A DNA stretch of 64,000 bases from Mizuhopecten yessoensis (GCF_002113885.1 NW_018406103.1:37865-101864); one strand, 5' to 3'; shown: positions 14,565-30,130, counted from the stretch's first letter. Notes: a model not told the origin generated them from the letters alone. Program-made: numbers and translations.

Positions 14565-14700
14565 GGTTCGGTCGTTTAAGAACGTGCCAGGTTTTGATGG
14601 TGGAGGAAAGCCATAGTTTCCGGAGAAAACCCACCGACCAACGGCCTGTACCTGGCGACTGGCCCACGTAGGTCCAACCCCTTTGGCCACCGCGGGCCCT
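14565..14700 (-). mobile_element. SINE fragment
   Basis: ggtggaggaaagcc..ccggagaaaacccaccgacc..ggccaccgcgg has typical antisense SINE anatomy. Confidence 0.55.
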
Positions 14701-17504
14701 TTTGGTATAGGTGTAGTCACGAAGTTCTTTTTTTTTGTTCTGAAATAGGTGTAATCACGAATAAGGTGTTATTGTCGATGTGTCAGTTTCACATAGCATA
14801 AGAAAAAAAACTCTTGTTCTTTCCTATGCCTATTTCAAGACGAAACCGACCAATAATATTCCAACCAGTAAGACGTAACATCACACATATGCTGACGTAA
14901 CAAATATAAATCGTAGTCAATTTTCATTCAAATTCACGACAATAATCGCTTAAACTTCCTGGGATCACGAGTTATTCCTGAGCAATTTCGGAAAATGTTT
15001 CCACTGGATTTTTTTTTATTGGGAAAGTCGACCCTCACTAATTTTTATTTTTGAAGTATGAAATACATGAAATCAATATTTATGACAAATCCTTTTTATT
15101 GAACGTAATTACAAGTATTGACATATGTACAATGTAAAAGCTATCGAATTCATAAAGCATTTTGTGGTTACATTTTATGTAATACGAGCCCTATTATTAT
15201 ATTTGCTAATAAAAAATGTTAAACAAGACAAAGTTTATTATGAAACAAAATACAAGTAACAGTATTTACACAAATTGTTTGCTATGAATACTATATTACA
15301 TATGTGGTGTGAATTTATTACAGCGTACCATACTGTTGTATGTTTAAAACGACAGTATACTTTTCTATTGAAACCGACATCAAATTACTAGGTCTGACTT
15401 ATTTCATAAACGAACAACTCTGGTCAAACCGTTCCAATCGTTTGAATCGCGATAAACGAAAGCGGCCTAGAATAATACATACAAAACCCAGTAAACATTT
15501 TTTTTAGCGCTGGCATGTTTTGAAACATCCTCTACAGGAGCATGGAAGGAAGCAGTCACTCCACATGTGTATCTAGATTTATTACATTTTACCAGTTGAA
15601 TATCATGAATTATCCATTTGATAAAAACTAACATCTTCATTGCACTTCACTGAAATGTTACATCCTCACATGTGATGATATCACTTTTAATATTGTCCAA
15701 TCAGCATGGTCCTTTTTATTGATTGCGTAGATTTTCAGTTTCTAGTTCAGGTGAAGCGACGGTAGAATTAGTAGTTGATTTGGTATTTATGTTACTAAAC
15801 AATCGATATTATTTTTGTTTCTTAATCAAACCAGATAATAAAATTGCGCTTTGTCTTATGTTCAATCGTGACGTCATTAAAATCTGGCGTCAAATAGTAT
15901 GCTACTAATTCCTGCACCTTTTGATGCAGCAAAATTTTCGTGGTATCAAATGGAATAAATAATGAACAAAAAATGTTTTCCTTTTTAATACCATTTATAC
16001 TTCACGAGTATGTCAGAATATATCCTCTCTATATTACGGCACGATTAAGCCCTAGCAAAACTGATACATCAACAAAGGACTATAGATCATATCAAATGAG
16101 TGGGAAGTGATTAATATATCATGATCATTGTTTTTACTAACTAATCACTTCAACTCACTTTACACAACACTCTATGTTGTTACAAATTGGGTTGTTGTTA
16201 CAAATTGGGACGCAACAGAGCTATGAACAAGGAAACGAAAAGTCCATATTTGATTTTTTTTTTTTTTTTAAGTGCAATGTTAAACTACAATTAAGCAACA
16301 CGCCCATACTGATATTGAAGTATGAATTATTTCTTTAAAAAAATCCATAATTGATAAAGCTCTTCTCTCACCTCTTTGTATACAAACTACAGGTGTCTCA
16401 TGTAGAACACTGATGTGGGATAACTTTATCCGACAAAGTTGCACTTAATGACCCCGGTTAGGAGCTACCCACGTATGGGAAACCAGTGATCCTAGTTCTG
16501 GAACAAGTATAGTTTAAATATTGACTAGTGCGTGCGTGAAATCAACGTTTGCGTTCAATGTGTTCAGTACTAAATCGGCTGATGTTTCGAAACGTGAAGA
16601 CATTTCGATATGATACCTCACGTCATTAAATTGACATTTCTGTTCGTTGAAGAATATCTACTACCACAATATAGTAAGTATCTGACCACACGGATATAAA
16701 CAAAATTTAAACAAACTTGCCTAGGTTCTGACACCAATTAAATTATATACCCACGGGTACACTTTCCATATCACTTACACCTACATACTGTTCCCGACGT
16801 GCTATCACTTACTGAGAGTGAGATTATCACACTCAGTCAATGGACGTTTTAACGGTTGTTCGACTGTGGCATCATAAGACATTGCTGTCATCTGATAATG
16901 ACGCTATAATAGTAAAACGCAATGGATTCACTCATGTGGGATTACTAGAATGTTCCATACCGTTGGATATGAGATAGGAGGATGAAAGTCTCGAGGCTTT
17001 GCCGATGACCAGATATTAAAGAATCTTACGCTGATGGTTGAGATTTTTCTGTGTTACTCCATAAAAGGGAGTTATTATTTTTCTCCCACATTAAATACAA
17101 ATGGTAATTTTATGAAATGCAAATGTTGATTTCCTAATTTCCAGCAGATCGGAACGAACGTAATCTGCTATTGTTGATTTGACGTAATTGCATCGTTATC
17201 TCTGTCTTATAAGAGAGAATTAAAGAATTTATCACCCCCTTGGAGGTGTGATCGTGGAATTTTTTATCGAGGGTTGACATTCCCCCACCTCACCCTCAAG
17301 GGGGTGAATGATTCTTTTTCTCTTAATCTGTGTATCAGATGCATATTGTAGTGTTAACGTTTCAGGCTAAATTCAGGGTTGACGTGACGTTGATGCATTG
17401 TTGACGTGGCGTCATTGTATGTTTGACGTGACGTCTTACCATTGTTTTGAATAGGGGAACCCCCGTCTCAATTCTAGGGAGTGAAAAGGATATCTCACAC
17501 TGGG

Positions 17505-17797
17505 CATAAGTGTGGATACACCTGTCCAGGGTAAGAGCAAAGTATATCTTACAACGGCAAATGTGTGTATACACCTGTACAGGGTAAGAGCAAGTATATC
17601 TTACAACGGCAAGTGTGTGTATACACCTGTACAGGGTAAGAGCAAGTATATCTTACAACGGCAAGTGTGTGTATTCACCTGTACAGGGTAAGAGCAAAGT
17701 ATATCTTACAACGGCAAGTGTGGATATACCTGTCCAGGGTAAGAGCAAAGTATATCTTACAACGGCAAGTGTTTGTATACACCTGTATAGGGTAAGA
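17505..17797. repeat. 52-53-bp minisatellite, ~5.5 copies
   Basis: gtgtatacacctgtacagggtaagagcaaagtatatcttacaacggcaa repeated. Confidence 0.95.
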
Positions 17798-18670
17798 GAG
17801 AGGCGTGCACCATATAAATGCTAAGTATAAGACACGTGTTTCTTACATATCAAGAGTCGGGAGAAACACTTCGTTTATAGTTACAATCAAACAAACAGAC
17901 CAACGCATCATGATATAGTCACTTCATCATAAGACGTAAATGTTTTATGATTTGAGTACCTGATGCGAATATTTTATATGTATACAGTCTGTATACAAAT
18001 GTTTAAATTCACGATTTAAAGCAAATTCCAAGCAAGTGTCGTTCTTTACTAGCACGTGCATTATCAGTTATGTTTCGAATAATGTACTGATCAAAGATTA
18101 TTGGAAATATCCACCGTAAGTATGCAGTTACTTTAATAGTTACAAGCTTTGCTTTAGATTTACGAGAGTTTGAATTTATCACGTAAATATTTACATGCGT
18201 CATTAGCACCAATCGATGGTTTGTACTGCGACTTGTACGCAATCGAGGAAAAGTCAATACGTTCCAAATATTCATGCGCTGGGACGCTCCACCGTTTACT
18301 TGAAAAAGCATTGTCTGGTAGTGTTGATAATGCTAGATAGACTTTCACAATTTCTACTACATTTCTTTTCCATGCAGTCATATAGCACGTAGAGAGAGGG
18401 ATTTGGAATTCTTTCATTTTTCCTGCAATAGCAAAAACAACCACAAAATAACTTACTAAATATAATTGAAAGGAAATACAATCAACATGAAAATATAAAG
18501 GGTAATTCAAACAACATCATACCTTGATTTAACAATGAACATCTTAACTAGTACTTTCTTAACGCAAAAAGGTACATTCATTGGTGCATTTGTCGCTAAC
18601 ATTACCGTGCCGCAAAGTAATAAAGTTCATAAACTTATAAGAATATAGGTATGCAAATATTAAACTTCCA

Positions 18671-19450
18671 AAGACTTACATATATGTAAAGTATAAATGT
18701 AGAAAGCTTTATCCCGACTGCTACATATCTCATCGCGCTGAGGGTTGAAGCCATGTTTACGTTATTATCATGCATAAGCGAATTCATGATATGTCACAGG
18801 AGTGGAATCCAACGTATTGGTGATTATTTGTTCGACAGGGTCAGGGGTACTGTTCACGCAATAAACGTGCTTTCAACTTATTTATTTAGATCTATTACGT
18901 CACGTGGTATGCTAAACGACCCTTTAATTTAAGACTTACATATATGTAAAGTATAAATGTAGAAAGCTTTATCCCGACTGCTACATATCTCATCGCGCTG
19001 AGGGTTGAAGCCATGTTTACGTTATTATCATGCATAAGCGAATTCATGATATGTCACAGGAGTGGAATCCAACGTATTGGTGATTATTTGTTCGACAGGG
19101 TCAGGGGTACTGTTCACGCAATAAACGTGCTTTCAACTTATTTATTTAGATCTATTACGTCACGTGGTATGCTAAACGACCCTTTAATTTAAGACTTACA
19201 TATATGTAAAGTATAAATGTAGAAAGCTTTATCCCGACTGCTACATATCTCATCGCGCTGAGGGTTGAAGCCATGTTTACGTTATTATCATGCATAAGCG
19301 AATTCATGATATGTCACAGGAGTGGAATCCAACGTATTGGTGATTATTTGTTCGACAGGGTCAGGGGTACTGTTCACGCAATAAACGTGCTTTCAACTTA
19401 TTTATTTAGATCTATTACGTCGCGTGGTATGCTAAACGACCCTTTAATTT
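18671..19450. repeat. 260-bp unit x3, near-perfect, in intron 4 of paralog 2
   Basis: Units start at 18671, 18931 and 19191. I see one substitution (cacgtgg/cgcgtgg). Confidence 0.95.
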
Positions 19451-22400
19451 ATAAATGAAGTAGTATTAACAAATAAAAACGTGTGATAGCATGCCAGGAT
19501 GTGACAAGAAATATCGTCCTTATAAAAATGCCCATTGGAGTATGTGTGACATTATACACACTAAATCTTTATGGCAAGTAAGAAAACAAAATGTATTTCC
19601 TTTTTGTTTTATAACTTTGAAATAAGTGTGGTACATGTAGGAACGGGAAAAGTAATACAAATATTGCTGTTAGACAAATAGGAACTGCCGGTTTTAACAA
19701 GCTGTTATCCAGCTGATAAGAGCGAGGGTTAGCGGCCCTGGATCTTTAATGGTCACATAGTATTACGACTTAAGATTTTTTTTTTTTTTTTATCATGACA
19801 GAAATTAAGATTTCATAAACTGACACATACCGAGCTGAAAAATTTACTGACGAGCAGAAACTATCTATCCAGTGCACCCCAATACTTCAAACAGATCCTA
19901 AAAGATCTTTGTCTAAATGCAGGAAAAACAAAAGAGAATCCTACTGAATCTCGGTCTGGGCTTTATGTAATTTTACACTAAGAATACTGTTGCTAATTTC
20001 TATTTTGTTATCTTTTCTTTAAGAACACAATCAAAATGGAATGGGGATTGTCTGGAAGCTTTTTACTGATTCAGATAAAATTAGTGTAAAATTTTGCCTA
20101 ATCACGTTTGTCGTAAATTTTTAAAGTTATGTTTTAGGTAAAACTATCATGATAAATAATTTCAAACTTGTTATCCCTTTTTTGCGTTTGCCTAGTGAAA
20201 TATTATCCATCAAATTAAACTGGATATATAGGCTTACTTTCAGCTTCTATTACACTGGACACCATTAGACTCTCAAGTAGCTTGGCTCTGGCATTAGATA
20301 TATCCCGTTGAAGTCTTTTGCTGATATTTATGTAATCTGGAACTGCCTCAACCTCTTCAGTTGTTAGGAAAGAAGCTAATCTCACAACACATTTTTCAAC
20401 CGTGTTGAGATTATATTGTTCGATCCAGCGTAGGTATGTGACGACCTGTGATGGTGGTATATATATATCCCTCTCGGAGACAGACCCCACGTGCTTCCGG
20501 ATGACTTCTTCACATTCTTTGAGCAAGTTTTCTGTCCGATATTCATCTGCTAATGGGAGTACAGTTTCCAGTGTTGCAACTATGAATACACAAGATTTAG
20601 CGACAATGATTAGTTTTTTTTTTACTTCGGAAGTCGATGCAATTTGAAGTAGGTTTGGAGCATTTTCCAATAATCCTAGAATGTAACAGCTAGATATTTC
20701 TCAATCAAGAGTACGTTGTTCAGAATTGTTTAACCGCACGCTTACTGCATTAAATAATTTTGATCATTATTTTAACGATAACATCTAAACACTGAGTGAA
20801 CATGCTTTTCCTTCTGCAGAGAGTATGCCCTGTCAATGGAAGGAGTGGGTATGAAAACCAAAACGTTCCTATGCAATCAATGTACTATTGTCACTCTTTT
20901 AAATTTAATGCCATAAATGAGAAACGTTGGCCACTTCCTTTTGAAGTTGATGGCTAATTTTCATTAAATTACGTAAAACTTACCATAACTTAAGACAATT
21001 TCATAGGCCTTCCTTTACTTTTCTTTAAACATGTCTTCTTGAGTTGGGAGGCATATCATTTAAGTATAAAAAAGCCATACGTGCTTTCATATTTAGAGCT
21101 TTACATACTAAATATATGGCAATTATTACACTATGCTCGCCAAGTTTTAAGGTTGATACTTTTTAGTTGTGAAAGAAACAAACATTACTCTCATACGAAA
21201 GAAATATAGATACTCTATTTTAATTGATAAATCATACATCATTACTGCTTTAAGATTACCTAGTAGTTTGTCTTTAAAAAACATGTTCAGCCATATTTGC
21301 AACATTTTAACATGCAGATAGAGTGGCGAAAACAATGTTTCATCGTCATAATGGAAAGTGTTTCATGATGCAAACCATATTCGTGAGAGAATCTTAAGAT
21401 CATAAAATACATTTAACCTCCAAATGGCAGTGTAAACATGATGTCCATTTTGTCCCAAAAACCTTAAAAGGACACTATTGTGATTTGGTATAAGCTCGTT
21501 AAAAAGTTTAATAAAAAAACAGCACAATTACGGGTCTATCTATTATTTTACAAGCTGAAACTAGTAAATGTTCCACCATTTTGGGGCTTTTGCAAATGCT
21601 GAATGCTAATACCAAAATCAACAATGTTTAACCCTCATTTAAAGTATTGTTCCATACACATTATTCATAACTTAGAGTTATTCCTGGTGTGCTCAAAATT
21701 CATATTTATCTTGCAGAGAGTCTGATTATCAAAGTATTTCACTTCAAACGCTAAAATATGTATATATTTATAAATATTTGAGTTATATTTGTTTTAATCA
21801 TGTTTTAAGCCACGATTTCATTCCATACGTTTTAAAAAGTTCAAAATGCGTAAAAAATAATTTATTGTTCATATGGTAATACCTGGTTAATTTTGTTAAG
21901 TCGTGTTATTACTAAATGAGTATGTTTAAGGTCATATATTCATCATCGTGTTCCATAATTACTTGTAACGTGGTCAGCGAAAATGGGCAGAAGACATTTT
22001 AGGAATGTGGCCATGTCATCATATGTTTTCCCAGGGAACTTCAGCTCCCTTTTTGTGTCGTCAGTGCACTCGTCTTGTTGCCATTCTTTCTTTAGCCAAG
22101 CATCAAATACAGGTGAAGCTGTTGAGAGTAAATCTTTATTTACATGAAGGTGTATTTCCTCGACCACCAGTGTTACGTCGTTCAGCAGAAAGCCTGGAAA
22201 AATCTGAGCAAGAAAGTTGAAGGGAACATCAAAGAAACTATTCAAAGAGCAGTATTGTATCACATGATTTAAAAAAAAGTTTGAACCATAGCAAATATTT
22301 TTTTGTCTACCCATGGAGAGACTCTTGAATGATTTAAAGGTTATTCCTTCCATTTGACTATTTCCTCATGGTTTTTTTTCTTCAATACACTTTGTTTAAA

Positions 22401-22593
22401 TGAAAAATGACGATCAAATTGTGTTGGGACCCGTACCTATGTACATTCTTAATTGTCTTATTCGATATTTATATATGACCTTATCTAAACAAAAAGAAGA
22501 CAAAGGGCAACACTATATACAGTGTGAATCTTAAAGAGACGGGAATACTCAGCGCGATAGTTGTGTCATGGAGTGCATCACATATCAGTTTCA

Positions 22594-22735
22594 TGTGTCT
22601 GTCTCTCTGTGTCTGTCTCTCTGTGTCTGTCTCTGTCTCTCTGTGTCTGGCTCTGTCTCTCCGTGTCTGTCTCTGTCTCTCTGTGTCTGTCTCTGTCTCT
22701 CTGTGTCTGTCTCTTCCCATGTCTCTGTCTCTATC
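22594..22735. repeat. (TGTCTC)n-type microsatellite
   Basis: Directly visible. It produces the spurious low-complexity ORFs here. Confidence 0.95.
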
Positions 22736-25700
22736 TTTTTCCTCTCTTTTTTAAGCGATCGTCTACTTACAACACATGCTTAGTCAATTGTACCTTAATT
22801 GCTGTCTCTCTGTGTCTGTCTTTTCCCCATGTCTCTGTCTCTCTCGTTTTTTCCTCTCTTTTTTAAGCGATCGTCTACTTACAACACATGCTTAGTCAGT
22901 TGTACCTTAATATCTGGCTTTGCAACTGGTTTGATGTCATCTTTAGACTCGATTTCATCTTTAGACTCGATTTCATCTTCAGATTCGTCAGAGTAGCTGT
23001 CCGACTCACCATCATCCACACGTTTGCTAGGAAATCGAGCAGAATGAAAATGGAATTAAAATTGCACGATTTAAAATATAATACAACTTACTACATGCAT
23101 CGGTTATAGTTCAGCACTATATATTTTTACCTTCAAGCAGAACAAAAGGTAACAATGTCAGTGCACCATATGTCCATTTTGCCATAAAGGACTAAAATCA
23201 GATGAGGCAGAAGGCGGTTACACTTCTGGAACACCTGGTTATATTCTTCTTGTTCTTCATCAACGGTCTCAATGTAAATCCTTACTTTGGTCATATTTTA
23301 CCCTACTTTTAACGATCTTGAGATTTAATTAAGGTTTTGCTAGCATTTCAGTATTTTCCTATATTTGTTTTGAAACATGAATGTACGTAGAAAATGAAAA
23401 AAGGAGGGTGAACCTGCCAAAAATATCCTTACAAACCAGTTGCAAATTGACATTGCTTATTGACTGCTGCAGATAACTTATTCGCGTAGGAGTATTGTAT
23501 GTTTTCCGTGCAAAAAATGATATCCTGCTACAATATTATTGAAACCTCGGGGACTTACAGTTCACCAAGCAGAGGCAAGCCCGTTGTGAATTAAATAAGT
23601 ACTAGTAAGACCTTTTGAAACATGGAATACCTCGATGCTGAAAACCAAACAAATATATGACCAAGAAATGTGTAGAAAAAGAATAATAATAGGAAATCGT
23701 CTTCTACTTCATCGATGATACCCGCCGTGTTGCCAACTAATAATGTTCCATAGGTTGACCTCATTATGAAAGATATACAGTTAAGAACACACAAAATGAG
23801 TTATGTAAATATTAAAAGACCTAGTAAATATATTCTGAACTAGGTACATGTACCTCCAAACTACATGGATAATTTCAGTGATCTATATGGCATGGTTTTA
23901 TTTTTACAATATTATTCCAATATACGTTAACTTGTTCTTTCACTTTCGGTTTGTTTCCCACCTTCCCTGTATCATGATAATCGCTATGTCGACAAAATAA
24001 GATAAATCGCATTCAGGGCTTATTTCTGAAATTATGTTTAGAGAATAGATCTTTTAAAACACAAAATAATTTAAATACATCAGGTCAGTATAAAATCATA
24101 TTTTACATAATATGTGCATAGTAAAACCTTATCAAATCAAAATCGAGTCTCTGATATTTAAGCAATGAATGTTTATCGAATGTTGTTATGGTCCTATAAC
24201 ACTAATTACTATTAGGGCTTTATTTATGTAAGTTTGTCAGCAATAGAAATGTTGGTTATAGAACCATAACAATATTTGCTAAAGTATTCATTATGTTCAC
24301 ATTTTCAGATAGTAGTTATGCTTTATTTAGTTATTTCGTACAGTTCTTTGAACAGCAAATAAAGTTTTGACAGCAAAATATTGATGACGTCACAATAGAG
24401 TTTGAAGACGTTGCAATAGCAAATGATGCTATAGTCTCACAACATTTGCCTTCGCAATGCATTGCAATGGAAGGATGCAGAGCAAACATAAACATATTCA
24501 TACATAAACGAGTTACCTCTCTTTGCATTGATTTTAGATTTGTATGCTAGTCATGCCTGTCTATTGTCAATTTCATCCCTATTTTGAAATATTGACCAAT
24601 CAGAATACAGGACAAAACCGTTTTGTTGATGAATCCACCAGTTTGTCATGTTGAGTTCATCAACAAATAGCACACTTACAGAAATCCGGTGATGATAACC
24701 TCGCACGAACATTTGCACGGTCCAGCTACGCGCCTGGTGGAATAAACACAGTAAAATACGTGTATCTTAAATGTTTGCAGGTGACCGAACATATACATGT
24801 ATCACCACACAAACATTGTAGATTGAGAGATTCGAAATAACAGCTCGTCAGGAACGAGCACTGCTTCCACGATAAAATGTTCGCGTTATTCTTGTGGACG
24901 AAATACTTCATTACAACATTAGCATTTTTTTCCTTGAATATCAATATGTGATAATTGCTACCAACACTGAAATAGCCTCTTCTCAAACGCGAAATTAATT
25001 ACTTAAATATACAGTTACACTTTGCAGTACGGATGAAGTCGAATTCGGAAACGGTCTACACAAGGTATTTTTATGTTTATGCATTGAAAGAGTGTTTTCC
25101 ACGTCTATAACATTTATGCCAGCATATCGTTATCTTTCAGGCAATATATAGCGTCACCAAATAAGGATTTATTTTGATAAACATTATAACTTCGTAATTC
25201 TGATAAGAATAAGTCCAGGATTTTCGGATGCTCTATCAACTACACCCGCCATGTAAATGCAGGTAAAATTGAAACTTACATATTTAAATTGAGAACAAGG
25301 GTAAAGAGTGCACTGATAAGCATGATAAAAAACTTCAACCTTAATATCTCAAATAAAATATGGTGTTCTCAACCATAGAATTTGACCATAGTCTTCATCA
25401 AAATACATCATTAAATAAATAATATATGTTCAGAGCAACAGCTTCACTTTTCATTCCTCAAGTTATATCACAGTTTTTATATCGTAATGTTTTCTTTTTT
25501 CAGCAGCAAAAACGATATTCCGAAGTTATTTTGAGAGATTTAAACAACTTTTCCCGACGAAATGTCTCGGTGGGTTCATTGATACAGAATATGAATATTG
25601 CATTACTGCATTATTAATAAGACAAGCAAACAAACCTTTTAACGGGCTTCGGGGAAGGAGTTGACGTTTCTATTTCTGACGTAGCTTTCCTGAAAGATGA

Positions 25701-28700
25701 TGGCAAATCTTAAATCTTACATCATTAAGCGTAGAGTAAGATACAATAAATATTAACATAATATTGAATTTCTGAAATGTCATGATTCGATCTGATGCTT
25801 ATGTATATAAAAAAAAGCTCACCGGACACGGTGTTTGTGATTTGTGATGGTATGATATAATGTTTTTTTCATTATAGTTGATTTATTGTAGATCAAATAA
25901 CTTGATGTCGTAAGACATGCACTTTTACTGCGTGTTTGCATTGTTTAACAGGTCCCTGGTTTGAGGCTCACTTTCACTGTGTGTTTGTATTGTTTAACAG
26001 GTCCCTGGTTTGAGGCTATACTTGCGTTGATATCAGAAGCTTCAACATTATTTCTTATGCCATACCATAGTTTTAATATAAAAAAATAATAATTTGTTAA
26101 CAGTACTTTAAATATATTTCTATTTTTCATCTATTATTATTGAATCAAATTCTACCCGAAGAAATGATTAATTAAAAGACAATTTGCCTAATCATATTTT
26201 GTACCAATACTCATAAACATGCATCGTTGAACAATAAGCAAGTGACTCATGTAAGGACACTTTTTATTGGTTAATACATATTCAGTGCTTGGCAACAGAC
26301 ACGGCGTGCCTGTCGAATTTGTCTCATTGAACCACAAATTATCTTTTACGTCCTCCTGGGCGATTATTTAAACAATAACTTCTGGATCTCTTTGAAGATT
26401 TAAAAAAAAATAACAGTACATGTGTAGACGTTCGACTCTATTAGTTCCCATGTACGTCATCGTAAAATTGTAAAACAGGAGCATTATCTGCAGTGGTTAA
26501 AATATGTTGTGTCAGTTGTGCGGGTCTTGTTGGTGATATAAATATGGGGCATTGTGTGTAAAATATGTACATGGTTAAAAACGAAACATAAAAATTATAT
26601 AAAAGAACTGGATGATGAAGGTCATATGTCCTTGTAAGCACTCATGAGTTAGACACGAAATCACGCTTAATTACATTGTAGCATGATAGAAAAGATAAAA
26701 TCCGTATGTGTTTGTATATATATATAAATAGAAATTTCGAAATTTTGGAAGTGTCAGGACGCAGACTTGGAGATTATTAAACTTTTAAACATATTCTCTC
26801 CCATGGTGTTTATTCACCCACAATATACGTATGTATATTAAACATTTCTTAATGCTAATATCCCATAACTAGTTTAAATTCAATAAGGAAAACAAACCTT
26901 TTCAAAGGCAGCAAGGAAGAAGTTGCCGTTTCATTCCTGAAAATTAATAGAAAGTCTTTTTATATTCTAAAGGCTTAAGTAACATAAACTACATAAGCAT
27001 ATAGGCTATTATATCTGAACTGTAGTGCCCGGGTATTGTGTTTTCGTGTTACACAATTTTGTCATTTTGTAGAACTTTTTCCAATCTGTCGATTATTTTC
27101 AGATTGAACAAGTTAATAAGCCTTCGTACATATATCATATAATTCCATTTTCGTTCCGATTTCCAATAACAGTTTATCTCATATTATGTAGAACGACACG
27201 GAATACAAATTGTAACTTTACAAAATACAAGCGGAGATTTAGTGTAAAGTTTGCAGTTATATTAACAAAGTGATATGGAATAATATTTTTCATCATTTGT
27301 TTTTACATTGCAATATCTACGTAGTGCAAGGATTTACTGAAACTTTCGTTTCAATTTCAATAAAACCTAATTCATGCTATAGGTATGACCGCACCTAATG
27401 TGTGTGTGTTGTTTGTAAGCGCTTTGTCGGTGTGTTTTTGAGATGAGTCCCGATACCGCTAGGTATAATGGTGTGATACCCACACAGAACTCTCGACAAA
27501 AGTACAGGTAAATGTTAGTTTCCGTATAGTAAGCATTAAAATACGACTTCAACACCAATCTCTCGTCATAGTTCAGACGATCACATTGGAGCCTACTGTG
27601 CATATACCTCTACCCCACTTGAATAACTAGTGTCTATCAACGAGTTGTTCATGGTGTAGGGGACATGTTATAATTAGATGGTTTCATATCAACATACATG
27701 GTTAATGTATCTACTTAGCTATAAGACATATACAGAAATTGACACTGATGGCACATGTGGAAAAATTAGTTATGTAGATTTACATATATTGCATACAACC
27801 ATAAGAGTTAAATAGTTGATAAGAGGAACTTGTGACATATTTCAACATACTTACGCCATCGTGTCGTCGATTTCGTTGTCAACAAGGAAGTGGTGGTTAT
27901 GTTATGAACATGCGCAATATACAGAAAGATGTTGTCGTTTTAGCTATAGATATTGGTCATATTTTTGTATATGACTTATACCAATAGCATTGCATTCCAC
28001 CATTGATGTTTAGATTAAGTCTTTTAGCCAACACGGTATTATAGTTTCCAATAACAGTTTATGGCATACTATGTAGAACGACACGGAATACAAAGTGTAA
28101 CTTTACAAAACACAAGCGAATATTTAGCGTAAATATTGCTGTTATGTTGACAAAGTGATATTGAATAATGCTTTTTTTATCATTTGTTTTTTATTGCAAT
28201 ATCTACGTACATGTAGTGTATCGATTTACTGAGGCCAGTTTAATTATTCGTATAATCCGTCGTATATATCACATGTAATTTCACTTTCGTTTCAATTTTA
28301 ATAAAACCTCAAATCATACAATAGGTGTGACCGTACCTAATGTGAGTGTTGATTGTAAGCCCTTTATCGGTGAGTTTTTAAGATTAGTCCCGATACCGCT
28401 AGTTATAATGGTGTGACACCCACACAGAACTCTCGACAAATACAGGCAAATGAACGATACATTGCAGGTTAGTTTCCGCCTAGTAAACATTTAAATACTA
28501 CTTCAACACCAATCTCCCGTCACAGTTCAGACGACCACAATGGAGCCTACTATATAAATACCTCCACCCCACTATAACAATTAGCGTCAACCCCGAGTTA
28601 GACTATCGACGAATCGTTCATGGTGATTAGGGGACATAGTATGATAAGATATGTTTTCATATTAACATGTGAAAGACAGAATTGTAGTTTAAAACACCTG

Positions 28701-29559
28701 AATGAACATATCATGTATGTAACCAATAACAGTTTGAAATTGTTCTTGTCACTATTGGCGACTGGAGTGACATAAAACTATAATAGACGATATCAAAGGA
28801 TACGATATGTAACAACGAGTTGCTAATTTCTCCACTGATCTATAAGTCATATACAGAAATTGACACCGATGGCACATGTACCACAAATAGATATGTAGAT
28901 TTACAAATATTACACACGAACATATGAGTTAGATAGCTGAACTTGTTACGTGTTACAACATACTTACGCCATTGTGTCGCCGTTTTCGTTGTCAAAAAGG
29001 AACTGGTGGTTATGTTATGCACATGCGCAATGCACAATATGAGGTTGTCGTTTTAATTATAGATATTTTGGTCATGTTTTTGTATATTACTAATACTAAT
29101 AGCATTGCATTTCACCATTGTTGTTTAGATTCAGCCTTTTAAATATTCAAATACTAATTAATCAGCAATCTCTCGTCACAGTTTAGACAGCCACACTAGG
29201 GGCTACTGTACGAATAAGTCCACCCCACTTTGAGCACTTCAACAATTAGTGTCGATCCCGAGGTGGTATGCTTAATACACAGTTCTTAGTTGCTTATTAT
29301 ACTTTAACTAGACAAACATGTAAGGATACAAAATAATATCTTAAAAATATGCGAGAAATGATTTCATTTGAAAGATTTTTGAACAATCCTTTTCATCCGA
29401 TTTATTACCTGCAAACAACTGGAAAATGCAATTTTATGTGATATTTATTCGAAACTGGCTTGCAAAACAAAAATGAAACTTATGTATATTTGTTAATCAC
29501 ATAGACTGTTACGTCTTCTGTACATAACATACAAGTGATTTGCAAATGGAATTTGTAAT

Positions 29560-30130
29560 TCTTAAGATGACATCATCGAACTAATATGTGCTATTTTGAA
29601 TAGTAATATCATTTCTAATGTTATTTGCTGAATTAAATGAGGATGATCTGAAATCATTAAAGATATAACATTCCATGAAAAAGTGTAATTCCTCCTGTAT
29701 ATGATTAATATACATTTGTAGATATCTTACATACGCGTTCCTGAATTTGAAACATGAGCGTATCTGCTAGTTCCACTGTTAGAGATAGGAAATCACATCG
29801 TTTGCCCTTTTGTCGAACGAGCTTGACATAATGTGCTGGTGTAAACTCTGATATGAAAGTCCTGTAAGTTCTCAACTTGTTACTTATATTAATGTTATCA
29901 TAACATATAGATCCATACCATTCATCAGCATTTGAAATGATAAGTTTTTCTTTCACTCGTTTAATCTTGTGTTTTACAGAAAAAATGATTTTATCAGTGA
30001 GTGGTGTTAAACCATTGTTGATTTTTATACGACATTCATAGTTAAAATATAATGATTTAGTTGCATTTAAAATACATCCATTTATACCAAGATATTCTAA
30101 ATTAACCAATAACAGATCTCTGTTCACAAA
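29560..30130 (-). mobile_element. Non-LTR retrotransposon relic (RT fragment joined to C-terminal region; L2/CR1/RTEX-like)
   Basis: NRDLLLVNLEYLGINGCILNATKSLY..CRIKINNGLT is RT-like. NKLRTYRTF..ERVCK..EELHFFMEC is the C-terminal Cys/His region. Internally deleted. Confidence 0.7.

Larger units (their letters stand above)
18009..28972 (-). pseudogene. BTB/POZ gene paralog 2, probably pseudogenised. Exons: 28968-28972 or 27855-27859, 22883-23026, 21963-22203, 20238-20579, 18009-18422
   Basis: Exons 3 and 4 are open, with the paralog lengths (241 and 342 nt). Exon 2 (KRVDDGESDSYSDESEDEIESKD...) ends in phase 2 rather than 0 at the homologous donor. Exon 5 has TAA at 18160, further indels, and TGG>TGA in the LWSAHY motif. 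Confidence 0.75.

Noticed and set aside
22481-22996. Several overlapping ORFs rich in C/L/S/V or R/E/T/D
   Set aside because: They are translations of the (TGTCTC)n microsatellite.
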